Below, one piece after another: positions 10,259 through 19,010 of a stretch of 20,000 bases of DNA (positions are counted from its first letter, which is position 1; every line of letters starts with the position of its first letter). Source of the DNA: Candidatus Lindowbacteria bacterium RIFCSPLOWO2_12_FULL_62_27 (lineage in GTDB: Bacteria > Lindowbacteria > 2-12-FULL-62-27); assembly GCA_001784175.1 (NCBI GenBank), contig MFPR01000033.1:109376-129375 (forward strand), in the 5' to 3' direction. The notes beneath the pieces were generated by a model. That model made no database searches. It was not told the DNA's origin and saw nothing but the letters and a program-made list of their open reading frames with translations. A program made the position numbers and the translations under genes.

Positions 10259-11585
10259 CTTCCAGCTTCCCGAGCTTCTCCTGCAACTGGTCCGCTGTCT
10301 TCGCCTCCACGTTCAACCGCAACACGGGCTCGGTGTTCGAGGGGCGCGCGTTGAACCACCAGTCGTCAAATTCGATCGACAGCCCGTCCAGCTTCTCCAC
10401 CTTCTTCGCGCCCGTCGAAAACTCCGTCTCCAGTCGCGTCAGCGATGCATTCGAATTCGCTACTCGGAAGTTCCGCTCGCCCGACCTCGAATATTTCAGG
10501 TACGGGCTTGCCAGCTTCGATAACGGATTCCCGGTCCGCTCCATGATGTTCATCACCAGTATCGTCGTGATGATGGCGCTGTCGGTGTAAAAATTGTCTC
10601 GGTAGTAATAATGGCCCGATAGTTCCCCCGCAAAAATCGCGCTCAGCTCGCGCATCCGCGCCTTGATGTAGGAATGGCCCACCCGGTGGATCACCGGCAC
10701 GCCGCCCGCCGTTTGCACCGCCTCTCGCACCGCCCACGACGACCGCAGGTCAATCACGACCTTCCCGCCCTTCTCCTTGCGCAAAAATTCCGTCGCCAGG
10801 AGCGCCGTCACGGCGTCCGCCGCAACGGGCCGGCACTCCTCGTCCACAAACGCCACGCGGTCCGCGTCTCCGTCAAACGCCACCCCTAGGTCCGCCTTCT
10901 GCTCCTTCATCTTCCCGATCAGCGCCTGCAGGTTCTCCGCTTTCATCGGGTCCGCCGTATGGTTCGGAAACTTCGCGTCGGGCTCAAAATATAGTTTCGT
11001 CACCTCATGCCGCATCCGGTCCCACACGGGGCCGCTGTCCACGCCGCCCATCCCGTTGCCGGCGTCCACCACGATCTTCAGCTTCCGGCCCGGGGCCTTC
11101 GGCTCCTCTTTCCACGAATAGACGTAGTCGTGGTACTCCTTCGTGATGTTCCGCCGGTGCCGCTCCCCGGTCTCGTCCGACGTCGGTAGCTCCCCGCGCG
11201 CGATCATCGCCTCGATCTGCCCGAGCCCGGTGTCGTAACTGATGGGCTTGGCGTCCTCCTGCGATATCTTCAATCCATTATACTCCGATGTATTGTGAGA
11301 CGCGGTCACCTGCACGCCGGCGTCGTAACCGTAATTCGCAATCCCAAAATAATTCATGGGCGTCGAACATAACCCGATCTCGATCGTGTCGCACCCGCCC
11401 TTCCGCAATCCCTCCCCGACGGCCGCCGCCAGCGCCACGCTCCCCTCGCGCATGTCTCGGCCCACCACGCACGTCGTCGGTGACAGAAAATTCGCCAGCG
11501 CCAGCCCGACCCGCTCCGCAATCTCCGGCGTGATCTCCTTCGGATAGATCCCTCGTATGTCATAAGCATGAAATATCCCAGCCAC
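10242..11585 (-). CDS. manB: Phosphomannomutase/phosphoglucomutase (alpha-D-phosphohexomutase)
   Basis: Motifs IFHAYDIRG, VTASHN (phosphoserine), FDGDADR (metal loop), GELSGH (sugar loop) and RPSNTEP. RBS-like GAGGAGG upstream. Confidence 0.93.
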   Translation of the reverse strand: MAGIFHAYDIRGIYPKEITPEIAERVGLALANFLSPTTCVVGRDMREGSVALAAAVGEGLRKGGCDTIEIGLCSTPMNYFGIANYGYDAGVQVTASHNTSEYNGLKISQEDAKPISYDTGLGQIEAMIARGELPTSDETGERHRRNITKEYHDYVYSWKEEPKAPGRKLKIVVDAGNGMGGVDSGPVWDRMRHEVTKLYFEPDAKFPNHTADPMKAENLQALIGKMKEQKADLGVAFDGDADRVAFVDEECRPVAADAVTALLATEFLRKEKGGKVVIDLRSSWAVREAVQTAGGVPVIHRVGHSYIKARMRELSAIFAGELSGHYYYRDNFYTDSAIITTILVMNIMERTGNPLSKLASPYLKYSRSGERNFRVANSNASLTRLETEFSTGAKKVEKLDGLSIEFDDWWFNARPSNTEPVLRLNVEAKTADQLQEKLGKLEGALRG

Positions 11586-11615
11586 GCTCTATTACCTCCT
11601 CTTATTTCTCCCTTG

Positions 11616-11660
11616 CCCTCCCTCACCCCTCCCCCCTTGTGGGGGAGGCTGGGTGGGGGG
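11616..11660. repeat. Intergenic REP-like GC-rich palindrome
   Basis: CCTCCCCC (11628-11635) pairs with GGGGGAGG (11641-11648), with imperfect outer arms, between ruvB and the phosphohexomutase gene. Confidence 0.6.
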
Positions 11661-11685
11661 TTTCTCTTTTCTCTACTTCCTTTCT

Positions 11686-12747
11686 CTATCTCCCCTCCGT
11701 CGTCCCGAACAGTTCCGGCGCCTTCTCAGGCGTCTCTCGACCCAGATACCGGTACGCCGTCGCGGTCGCCACGCGCCCTCGTTGCGTGCGCTCCAGTAGT
11801 CCGCTCTGGATCAAAAACGGCTCGTACACGTCGCTCAACGTGTCCGATTCCTCTCCCACCGCCACGGACAACGTATCCAATCCCACCGGACCGCCGTGAA
11901 ATTTGTCCACCAGGGCTTGCAGAATGTTCCGGTCCATCGGATCAAGTCCCAGCCCGTCCACCTCAAGCGCCGTCAGCGCCAGCTCCGACATCGCCTTCGT
12001 GATCCGGCCGTCGCCCTTCACTTGCGCAAAATCACGCACCCGCCGAAGCAGCCGGTTCGCCACGCGCGGCGTGCCGCGCGCTCGACGCCCGATCTCGTCC
12101 GCTCCAGCGTCGTCGATCACTACGCCCAACAGCTTCGCCGATCGCTTCACGATCTGCACCATTTCAGATACTTGATAATAATTTAAGTGCGCGTCCACGC
12201 CAAACCGCGACCGCAGCGGCGCCGTGATCAGGCCGGTCCGCGTCGTTGCGCCGATCAGGGTGAATCGAGGCAGCGTCAGCTTCAGCGTCTGCGCCCCGGC
12301 CCCCTGGCCGATCACAATGTCCAGCTTGTAATCCTCCATCGCCGGATACAGGATCTCTTCCACCACCGGCGGCATCCGGTGAATTTCGTCGATGAACAAC
12401 ACGTCACGGTCCGCAAGCTGCGTCAGAATCGCAGCCAGATCCCCGGGGCGCTCCATCACCGGGCCCGACGTCGTTCGAATCGTCACCCCTAGCTCCCCGG
12501 CTAGAATGTACGCCAGCGTCGTCTTGCCCAGACCGGGCGGCCCGTACAACAACACGTGATCCAGCGCATCGCCGCGACGCCGCGACGCCTCCACAAAAAT
12601 CTTCAGGTTCGACTTCAACTTCTCCTGCCCCACAAACTCCTCAAACCGCACCGGACGCAGCGCACGGTCCTCCGTCACATCCTCCTCACGCCCGGGCGAC
12701 AACACGCTCGACGCACGCACATCCCTCTTCGACGTGTTCATCTTCAA
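11686..12747 (-). CDS. ruvB: Holliday junction branch migration helicase RuvB
   Basis: LRP..F.EFVGQ, Walker [45 protein letters not shown] and YEPFL. The start may be ATG 12741. Confidence 0.98.
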   Translation of the reverse strand: MKMNTSKRDVRASSVLSPGREEDVTEDRALRPVRFEEFVGQEKLKSNLKIFVEASRRRGDALDHVLLYGPPGLGKTTLAYILAGELGVTIRTTSGPVMERPGDLAAILTQLADRDVLFIDEIHRMPPVVEEILYPAMEDYKLDIVIGQGAGAQTLKLTLPRFTLIGATTRTGLITAPLRSRFGVDAHLNYYQVSEMVQIVKRSAKLLGVVIDDAGADEIGRRARGTPRVANRLLRRVRDFAQVKGDGRITKAMSELALTALEVDGLGLDPMDRNILQALVDKFHGGPVGLDTLSVAVGEESDTLSDVYEPFLIQSGLLERTQRGRVATATAYRYLGRETPEKAPELFGTTEGR

Positions 12748-13217
12748 AAATAGTACAACCGCTTCGTCAACTGCGTGATCTCGTCGTCCGCCGACCGAAG
12801 ACGCCTTGCGAGAGATTGCGAGATGCCCAGAAATATCTTCGCGGCGATCTTCGGATGCGTCGCCACCAGCGCGTCCACCTGCTGGCGGCCCATCACCGCC
12901 AGCTCCGTGTCCACATACGCCGTCGCCGTCGCCGTGCGCGGGCTTTTGTCCAGGACAGAGATCTCCCCCATCAGCTCCCCACGGCCCAGGCGCGCCAGTC
13001 GGGTGGCGTTCGCTTCGTCCACGCCCTTCTCGATCTGCACCACGCCCCTTAATACAAAATAGACTTTGTTCCCGGGATCTCCCTCTCTGAAGATGACCTT
13101 ACCCGCTGGATAGCTCTCCACCTTGAATTGCGGCGCCAACGCCCCGCGCTCCTCGGGCGTCAACCCACGCAATACCTCAAATAATTCTAGCTGCTCTGCG
13201 GTGATCTGCGCCGCCAC
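12744..13217 (-). CDS. Stand-alone cyclic-nucleotide-binding domain protein
   Basis: IFREGDPG...[10 protein letters not shown]...[19 protein letters not shown] (phosphate-binding cassette). No HTH domain. Confidence 0.9.
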   Translation of the reverse strand: MAAQITAEQLELFEVLRGLTPEERGALAPQFKVESYPAGKVIFREGDPGNKVYFVLRGVVQIEKGVDEANATRLARLGRGELMGEISVLDKSPRTATATAYVDTELAVMGRQQVDALVATHPKIAAKIFLGISQSLARRLRSADDEITQLTKRLYYF

Positions 13218-13280
13218 GTCTCACCTCCCGACCCCTTCTACCAATTCCCTCACCGGCGTGCAAGCTCTCCAACCTGCCGC

Positions 13281-15227
13281 TCATCCCTTCCGTTCCGCCG
13301 CCACCACTCGCACGACACCCCCGCCAATCTCCAACGCCTCGATTCGGCCCCCACGCCGGCTCATCGATTCCAGAAGCTCCTTGATCTTCACCGCCGCGGT
13401 ACGCTCCGGCCACTTGATCCGGCGACGCTGATAGGTCGGCGCCATGAATCGCCGATGTTCCTTGTGACCGCGCGCGAATATTCTTCGCAACCTCTCTATC
13501 TCACCTCGACGCAAATAATCTAGGGCCTTCGTCAGATCCCCCACGTACGCCTCCAGCGCCGTCGCCACGCACGCGGCGTTCATCTCGCATATCCGCGCCC
13601 ACGAATCCGGCGACGCCCCCGAAACTCGCACCAGGTCCCGGAACGATCCCGCCGCCAGATCCTCCAATACCGCACGGCCCGCGCGCGCCGACGTCCCGGC
13701 CGTCAGCGTGTAGGACAATACATGCGGAAGATGGCTGATCATCGATACCGCCGCGTCATGCGATTCCGCGCTCAGCGGGGCCACGCGCATCTCCAGGCGC
13801 GACAGGAGCTCCATCAAACGTAAATACGCCTCCCCGGGCATGTCCTCCGTCACCGTCATCACCCACGGCGTGCCTCGAAAGAGGTCCGCCCGCGACGACG
13901 CAAATCCCGATCGCTCCGACCCCGCCATCGGATGGCCACCGATGAAATGCGCTCGGCTCCCGAGATGCCGTCGCGCCGATTCCAGAATCGGCCCCTTCAC
14001 CGAACTCACATCCGTCACGATCGGCCGCCGCTCGAGGTGCGCCGACAGATCTCGAAACACACCTTCGCATCTCTCAATCGGAACCGCCACCACTACCAGT
14101 TCGCACGCGCCCATCCCCGAAATCGGAACGCATCGGATACCCGCCGCACTCGCCATCCTCTCGGCACGCGCATCTCTATCGTACCCCACCACCTCTATCC
14201 CATCCAGCCCCTTCAACGCCCGCGCCATCGACCCCCCAATCAATCCCAGCCCGATGACCCCCACGCTTCGGATCGCCCGGATCCGCCGGCGCCCAACTCC
14301 GCCCTTCCCACGCACGACCGCCCCCGCGCTCACATCCGCATACGACCCCAAAAACTTCACCTCAACCTCTTTCCTCGACAGCGCGCGCACCGCCTCCCCC
14401 AGCGTCGCGTCCTTGATGTGCCCGCTCGCGTCGATGAAAAAACAGTACCGCCCCAGCCGCGTCTTCAACGGCCGGCTCTCGATTCGGCTCAGATTGATCC
14501 CTCGCGACGAAAACTCCTGCAATAACTCCACCAAACTCCCGGGTAGGTCACGCTTCGGCGTCAATACCAGGCTCGTCTTGTCCGCGCCCGTCGGCGCTCC
14601 CTCCAATGCCTGTCTCGGCGCGCGCGCCAAATAAACAAACCGCGTCACCGCGTCCTTCACGTCTTCTATCCCGCGCGCCACCGCAACGAGACCGTACAGA
14701 TCGCCCGCCTTCCTCGACGCGATCGCGCCCACGCCGGCCTGCGGACTCGACCGCAACCGCTCGCACGCCTCGGCCGTCGACAACGTCACCCGCGTCCCCA
14801 ATCGGCGCCGCCCAATGAATCGCCGGCACTGCGCCAGCGCGTGCGGATGGCTCATCACCTCCTTCAACCGCGATCCGCTCAAACTCGCGGGCATGAAAAC
14901 GTCAAAATGGATCGGCAACAAAACTTCCGCCGCAATCCGGATCCCTCGCCGCCCGAACGCCAGCCCGTCCAGTGTCGCGGTCACCGCACCCTCAATGGAA
15001 TTCTCGATGGGAACTACCCCGGCCTCCACTTCCCCCGTCTCCAGCCCATGAAACACGTCCGCCACAGACGAATAGGCCTTCGCCTCCATCCCCCGGACCG
15101 CCGCCAGCCGGTCCACCGCCTCATGCGTAAACGTCCCCGCAGGCCCCAGATACCCGACGCGCCCCCTCACGACTGCCTCCCGACTGCCCATGCCCCCGAC
15201 CTTACTTTGAACTTTATCTCCTTTCAA
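13281..15227 (-). CDS. Bifunctional prephenate dehydratase (PDT+ACT) / prephenate (cyclohexadienyl) dehydrogenase fusion, PheA-TyrA-like
   Basis: N-terminal half: YLGPAGTFT, PIENSIEG, SHPHALAQC, TRF and LSRIESRP. C-terminal half: GVIGLGLIGGS, DVSSVK, GGHPMAGSE and HD..VSMISHLPH. The start may be ATG 15191. Confidence 0.92.
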   Translation of the reverse strand: MKGDKVQSKVGGMGSREAVVRGRVGYLGPAGTFTHEAVDRLAAVRGMEAKAYSSVADVFHGLETGEVEAGVVPIENSIEGAVTATLDGLAFGRRGIRIAAEVLLPIHFDVFMPASLSGSRLKEVMSHPHALAQCRRFIGRRRLGTRVTLSTAEACERLRSSPQAGVGAIASRKAGDLYGLVAVARGIEDVKDAVTRFVYLARAPRQALEGAPTGADKTSLVLTPKRDLPGSLVELLQEFSSRGINLSRIESRPLKTRLGRYCFFIDASGHIKDATLGEAVRALSRKEVEVKFLGSYADVSAGAVVRGKGGVGRRRIRAIRSVGVIGLGLIGGSMARALKGLDGIEVVGYDRDARAERMASAAGIRCVPISGMGACELVVVAVPIERCEGVFRDLSAHLERRPIVTDVSSVKGPILESARRHLGSRAHFIGGHPMAGSERSGFASSRADLFRGTPWVMTVTEDMPGEAYLRLMELLSRLEMRVAPLSAESHDAAVSMISHLPHVLSYTLTAGTSARAGRAVLEDLAAGSFRDLVRVSGASPDSWARICEMNAACVATALEAYVGDLTKALDYLRRGEIERLRRIFARGHKEHRRFMAPTYQRRRIKWPERTAAVKIKELLESMSRRGGRIEALEIGGGVVRVVAAERKG

Positions 15228-15270
15228 TTTTCATGCTGTAAATCTTTCCTCTGTCTTTTTTCCATACTCA

Positions 15271-15279
15271 TGGTATACT
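15271..15279 (+). promoter_or_regulatory. Putative extended -10 promoter (TGnTATACT) for a leaderless integrase transcript
   Basis: TGGTATACT ends 6 nt before ATG 15286. There is no Shine-Dalgarno sequence (CCCCCC-ATG). Confidence 0.5.
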
Positions 15280-15285
15280 CCCCCC

Positions 15286-16449
15286 ATGGCTGTCTTCGTA
15301 CTCACAGACAACGGTACCGACACCATTAAAGTCTCCTTCCCGTTCGACAAGGCGCTTCTGCCTCTCATCAAAAGTATCCCCGGCAGAATGTGGGACTCCG
15401 ATGACAAATTCTGGTCCATCCCTAAAACTTCTGACGTCCTCCGGCAGTTCCTCCAAACCTTCTCCGGACATCAAATCCGTATCTCTCCTGCGCTCGATCA
15501 CCTCCTTCAGCCCGAACGGCCTCCTGCGCTCGCCGTCGCCACGGCCGTCGCAGAACCGACCGACCGGCGCCAGGGCCTCAAGGACCGCCGCATGTCTTCT
15601 GTGCGCTCTCCTTCAACCGACAGACGCCTCGCCGACCTCGCTGAACACGTCTCTCGTCAGCTCCGCATCCGTAAGTACAGCCCTCACACGGTCAAACTCT
15701 ACAAAAACATCATCGCTGACTTCTCTCGCGCCTTCTCTCGCCCCATCCGGGAATTGTCCAACGACGACCTGACTCAATATATCCTCCATCTCATCGAACA
15801 AAGACACGTCTCCACTTCCAGAGTCTCCCAGGTCGTCAGCGCACTCAAATTCCTCTACGATAAAATATTCGACCGCAAAGATCTCGTGTTCAAACTCGAC
15901 CATCCTCGCAAAGATAAAAAACTTCCCTCGGTCCTCGATCGCGACGACGTCATCGCCATCCTCGCCGCTACTCGCTCACCCAAACACCGCCTCCTCCTCG
16001 AAATCATGTACTCTTCGGGCCTCCGCGTCTCCGAAGTCGCACGCATCAAAATCATGGACATTAACCTCTCCGACCTCTCCCTCACGGTCAGAGCCGGCAA
16101 AGGCCGAAAAGACCGCCAGACGATGTTGTCTGATAAATCATTGAACCTCTTAAATGTCTTCATGGAGGGCAAAAACGCAGATGACTTCCTGTTCGATGGC
16201 CTCCACCCGCACCACCCCATCTCCCCTAGAACCATCCAACACATCTTTAACCAGGCTCTCATCCGTTCTGGTATCAAAAAGAAAGCTTCTTGCCACACCT
16301 TCCGCCACAGCTTCGCCTCACACCTGAACATGGGCGGCACCGCCATCAACTACCTAAAAGACCTCTTGGGTCACAAAGACATCAAAACCACCGAAATCTA
16401 CACCCATCTCAACATCTCCACAAAAAAACAAATCAAAAGCCCCTTCTAA
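15286..16449 (+). CDS. Integron-like tyrosine recombinase with HARP-like N-terminal domain, SAM-like domain and catalytic domain, lacking the IntI-specific insertion
   Basis: Catalytic residues are intact: R (SGLRVSE), K (GKGRKDR), HxxR (HTFRHSFASHL), H (LLGH) and Y (TTEIYTH). SAM-like LRIRKYSPHTVKLY. N-terminal FPFDKALLPLIKSIPGRMWDSDDKFWSIP. Confidence 0.92.
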   Translation: MAVFVLTDNGTDTIKVSFPFDKALLPLIKSIPGRMWDSDDKFWSIPKTSDVLRQFLQTFSGHQIRISPALDHLLQPERPPALAVATAVAEPTDRRQGLKDRRMSSVRSPSTDRRLADLAEHVSRQLRIRKYSPHTVKLYKNIIADFSRAFSRPIRELSNDDLTQYILHLIEQRHVSTSRVSQVVSALKFLYDKIFDRKDLVFKLDHPRKDKKLPSVLDRDDVIAILAATRSPKHRLLLEIMYSSGLRVSEVARIKIMDINLSDLSLTVRAGKGRKDRQTMLSDKSLNLLNVFMEGKNADDFLFDGLHPHHPISPRTIQHIFNQALIRSGIKKKASCHTFRHSFASHLNMGGTAINYLKDLLGHKDIKTTEIYTHLNISTKKQIKSPF

Positions 16450-16561
16450 TGCCCCACCCCCTTGCGGGAAAACCGCCCCAACCCAGACCCCTCCCGCAAC
16501 CAAGCCCAAATCCCCACCCTTTCCCCAAACATATATGCCCTCCCTCCCCATCAACCCCCGG

Positions 16562-16613
16562 CCATAACCAACAGACTTTCCCGCCACCTCTTGCTGGAGT
16601 GAAGAAGTTATCC
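16562..16613 (+). other. attI-like primary recombination site (crossover G/TT at 16607-16609)
   Basis: GTTATCC at 16607 begins the arm complementary to the 3' end of cassette 1, but it is not preceded by the conserved repeat core. CCATAAC lies at 16562. The left boundary is approximate. Confidence 0.65.
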
Positions 16614-17861
16614 GCCATGTGCCGCCCCGAGAAGTTTCAAGAATCCAGTATTCTGATTCGGGAAATGAAAACGTTAGACGACATGCCAGACCTAATGGAC
16701 GGCCGACATCGTGTCGGCCGTGAAACGCTATGAACAAAAAAGAGAAATTTGCCAAGTACGATAAAGATTCGATAATTATCCATAAATCATTCGTTGATAC
16801 AGATGGGGTACAAAAATATGAAATCAGCCATCGGATGAATTACCAAATAATCACACAAGAAGAAATGAACTTACTAAAGACCTATCCACTCGACGATTAT
16901 TCAAGCGAAGAATTAAAGATGATCTTTGAGGTCGTTTCTAGAACACACAGAAATAGAGGATTTGACCTCGCAGGCTACCATTTTAAAAACGCTAAGGATT
17001 TTGGTTCGTATTTCGATAATCTAGTTCCTATTTCAAATGAAAAATATGGAGATATTATATTTGATTCACTCGATATGGAAAGTTTTTTTAGAAATCCCCT
17101 AAAGAATGAAAATGTTTTGCAAGATATCAAACTGATGAATCAAAAGGCCAACTATCCCTCAGAGACGATCCCGGGAACATCTATCGAAATAATCAATTTC
17201 TCACGATGCCCAAAATGCGCGACTGTATATTCTCTTGCGCAGCTCAACGAATATTATTCCCATCCTGATATTCCTCCGGATGTTGAAAGACAGGTCGTAT
17301 TTCGAACCGATACTCGATTCAAATGCAAACAATGCAAAGTCTATTTCAAACCGCGGTTGGTTGTCTCTGATGGTACACCGAAGGCCGACATGCAGTTCCT
17401 CTGCAAACTTCAAACGGTCCATTATATAGAACTATTTTACCAAAGTCAGTTTAAGCAAAGGGTGTTGGCTTCGAATAAAGAGAATTTTGTCTGGCATAGA
17501 GACATACAAAAATATCAACTGAAAATTGACGTGGATTTCTCTGATCTATCTCCCAAACCCGCCTTAATAACAAATTTCATTCGACATACACCACCAAATG
17601 ACGTTGCAAAGCTTCTCGCAAAAAGCGTGGATGATTTATCATTGTTTGGAGAACTCATGGACCTGACCAGGAAAGGACTCATTTATGATCGTAGATGATC
17701 TCTTGTCAGATAACCATGAATCAGTTTCAAAAATCCTGATAATGATTCAAGAAACGGCGGGGCGGCACACGGCGGATAACTTGGCGTTGCCGGCGGGCGG
17801 CATTCGCCGCCCTCACCCGCGCCTGATCATCTGGGGGCGCGGGTGCGGCAACGCCTGGTCG
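16608..17861 (+). mobile_element. Gene cassette 1
   Basis: Lies between the attI-like GTT and the first repeat. One AT-rich ORF. Terminal inverted arms 16607-16629 and 17758-17780 match at 22/23. Confidence 0.8.
16730..17698 (+). CDS. Hypothetical protein with CxxC...CxxC (possible zinc ribbon)
   Basis: 322-aa low-GC ORF containing CPKC and CKQC. No family recognised. Confidence 0.75.
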   Translation: MNKKEKFAKYDKDSIIIHKSFVDTDGVQKYEISHRMNYQIITQEEMNLLKTYPLDDYSSEELKMIFEVVSRTHRNRGFDLAGYHFKNAKDFGSYFDNLVPISNEKYGDIIFDSLDMESFFRNPLKNENVLQDIKLMNQKANYPSETIPGTSIEIINFSRCPKCATVYSLAQLNEYYSHPDIPPDVERQVVFRTDTRFKCKQCKVYFKPRLVVSDGTPKADMQFLCKLQTVHYIELFYQSQFKQRVLASNKENFVWHRDIQKYQLKIDVDFSDLSPKPALITNFIRHTPPNDVAKLLAKSVDDLSLFGELMDLTRKGLIYDRR

Positions 17862-17867
17862 TTATAC
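17774..17867 (+). repeat. attC-like site 1 (94 bp)
   Basis: GGATAAC...GTTATAC ends. Outer stem GGCGTTGCCG/CGGCAACGCC encloses two hairpins. Confidence 0.88.
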
Positions 17868-18380
17868 GTCATGTGTCCCCCCCAGACCCCCCCGGATGGG
17901 ATAGGATTATTGAGCTTAAAAACATAGATATGGAACTGCAGATTTTAAAAACAGATTCAGATTATGGAGATAAATTCATATTCCACCCCGAGGGAGACGA
18001 GACGATATTTTCGGAGAGGAGGCCACGCTCACAGGAGCTTTCGACGCGCGGCCAGAAGGTTTTTACAAAAAAGAAATTTTTTCTGACATAGGAGATAAAA
18101 TTCATATTTACCCTCATCGTCGTCCTCTGCGGTTCGACGAAACGTGGTCGGTTGATCTGATGTCTATGGGATTTAGATAAACACATATTTTAAAACTATA
18201 GGACAGGCAGGTAAAAACATGGCGATTAAACTTCAGATAAAACCAGAGCCCGGCTGGGGGGGACACACGACGTATAACTTAGCGTTCCCGGCGGGCGGCA
18301 TNNNNNNNNCGGCGGGCGGCATTCGCCGCCCTCACCCGCGACTTGTCATCGGGGGTCGCGGGTGCGGGAACGCTTGGTCG
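17862..18380 (+). mobile_element. Cassette 2, apparently ORF-less
   Basis: Terminal arms 17861-17885 and 18254-18278 match at 24/25. Only short unconvincing ORFs. Confidence 0.7.
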
Positions 18381-18386
18381 TTATCC
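18272..18386 (+). repeat. attC-like site 2, interrupted by an assembly gap (N at 18302-18309)
   Basis: GTATAAC...GTTATCC. The 13-mer CGGCGGGCGGCAT is present on both sides of the gap; removing the gap and one copy gives exactly 94 bp. Confidence 0.8.
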
Positions 18387-19004
18387 GCAATCGTGCGCAG
18401 AGATTTTGAGAGAAAACACAATTTCTGATATGGCCGTCGTCATCGGCGCACAGCCATGATCTCTGCTAATGACCCGAGAGTACCGCAGGGTCGCCAGACA
18501 TCATGGAAAGACTGGATTCGTCCTTGGCACATAGCAGCCTGCGGTGCGGTCATACTCTTCATCGGATTCTGTATGGTCAGTTACTTGAGCAAAAAATGGT
18601 GGTGGGTCGCAGGGCCAATCATAGTTGCCGGATATCATTTGATACGAGAATCAAATAAATGGAAAGGGAGAGACATGTGGCTTGAAAGGAAGGATGTAAT
18701 CGAAAAACGGGCGGAAGAATACACATCCCAACATGTAAGCGGATATAAGATTTTCTTTGCTCTTATGTTGATATGGTTGCTCCTCGGATTACTGGCTTAT
18801 ATAGGTGTTATTTGAAATTTGTATTGAGAAAAACAGACAGTAATGAAATCGAAATATAGATTATTCGGATTTAAAAACAGAATGGTCCGGGTACGAGACG
18901 TGGGGCGCACGACTGCGGATAACTTGGCGCTCCCGGCGGGCGGCATTCGCCGCCCTCACCCGCGCCTGTCATCCGGAGGGCGCGGGTGCGGGAGCGCCTG
19001 GTCG
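18381..19004 (+). mobile_element. Gene cassette 3
   Basis: Terminal arms 18380-18398 and 18905-18923 match at 18/19. Contains one ORF. Confidence 0.8.
18456..18815 (+). CDS. Small hypothetical membrane protein (about 3 TM segments)
   Basis: 119 aa with hydrophobic segments IAACGAVILFIGFCMVSYL, WWWVAGPIIVAGYHLI and IFFALMLIWLLLGLLAYIGVI. Confidence 0.7.
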   Translation: MISANDPRVPQGRQTSWKDWIRPWHIAACGAVILFIGFCMVSYLSKKWWWVAGPIIVAGYHLIRESNKWKGRDMWLERKDVIEKRAEEYTSQHVSGYKIFFALMLIWLLLGLLAYIGVI

Positions 19005-19010
19005 TTATGC
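18917..19010 (+). repeat. attC-like site 3 (94 bp)
   Basis: GGATAAC...GTTATGC with stem variant GGCGCTCCCG/CGGGAGCGCC. Confidence 0.88.

Noticed and set aside
15-15329. Numerous plus-strand ORFs (e.g. 4553-6166, 9368-10198, 13840-14634)
   Set aside because: Antisense shadows of recognisable minus-strand genes in GC-rich DNA, with Arg/Pro/Ser-rich composition.
15286-16449. Calling the recombinase XerC/XerD or a classical IntI
   Set aside because: It has an extra HARP-like domain and an adjacent cassette array (unlike Xer) and lacks the IntI-specific insertion, so no gene symbol is assigned.
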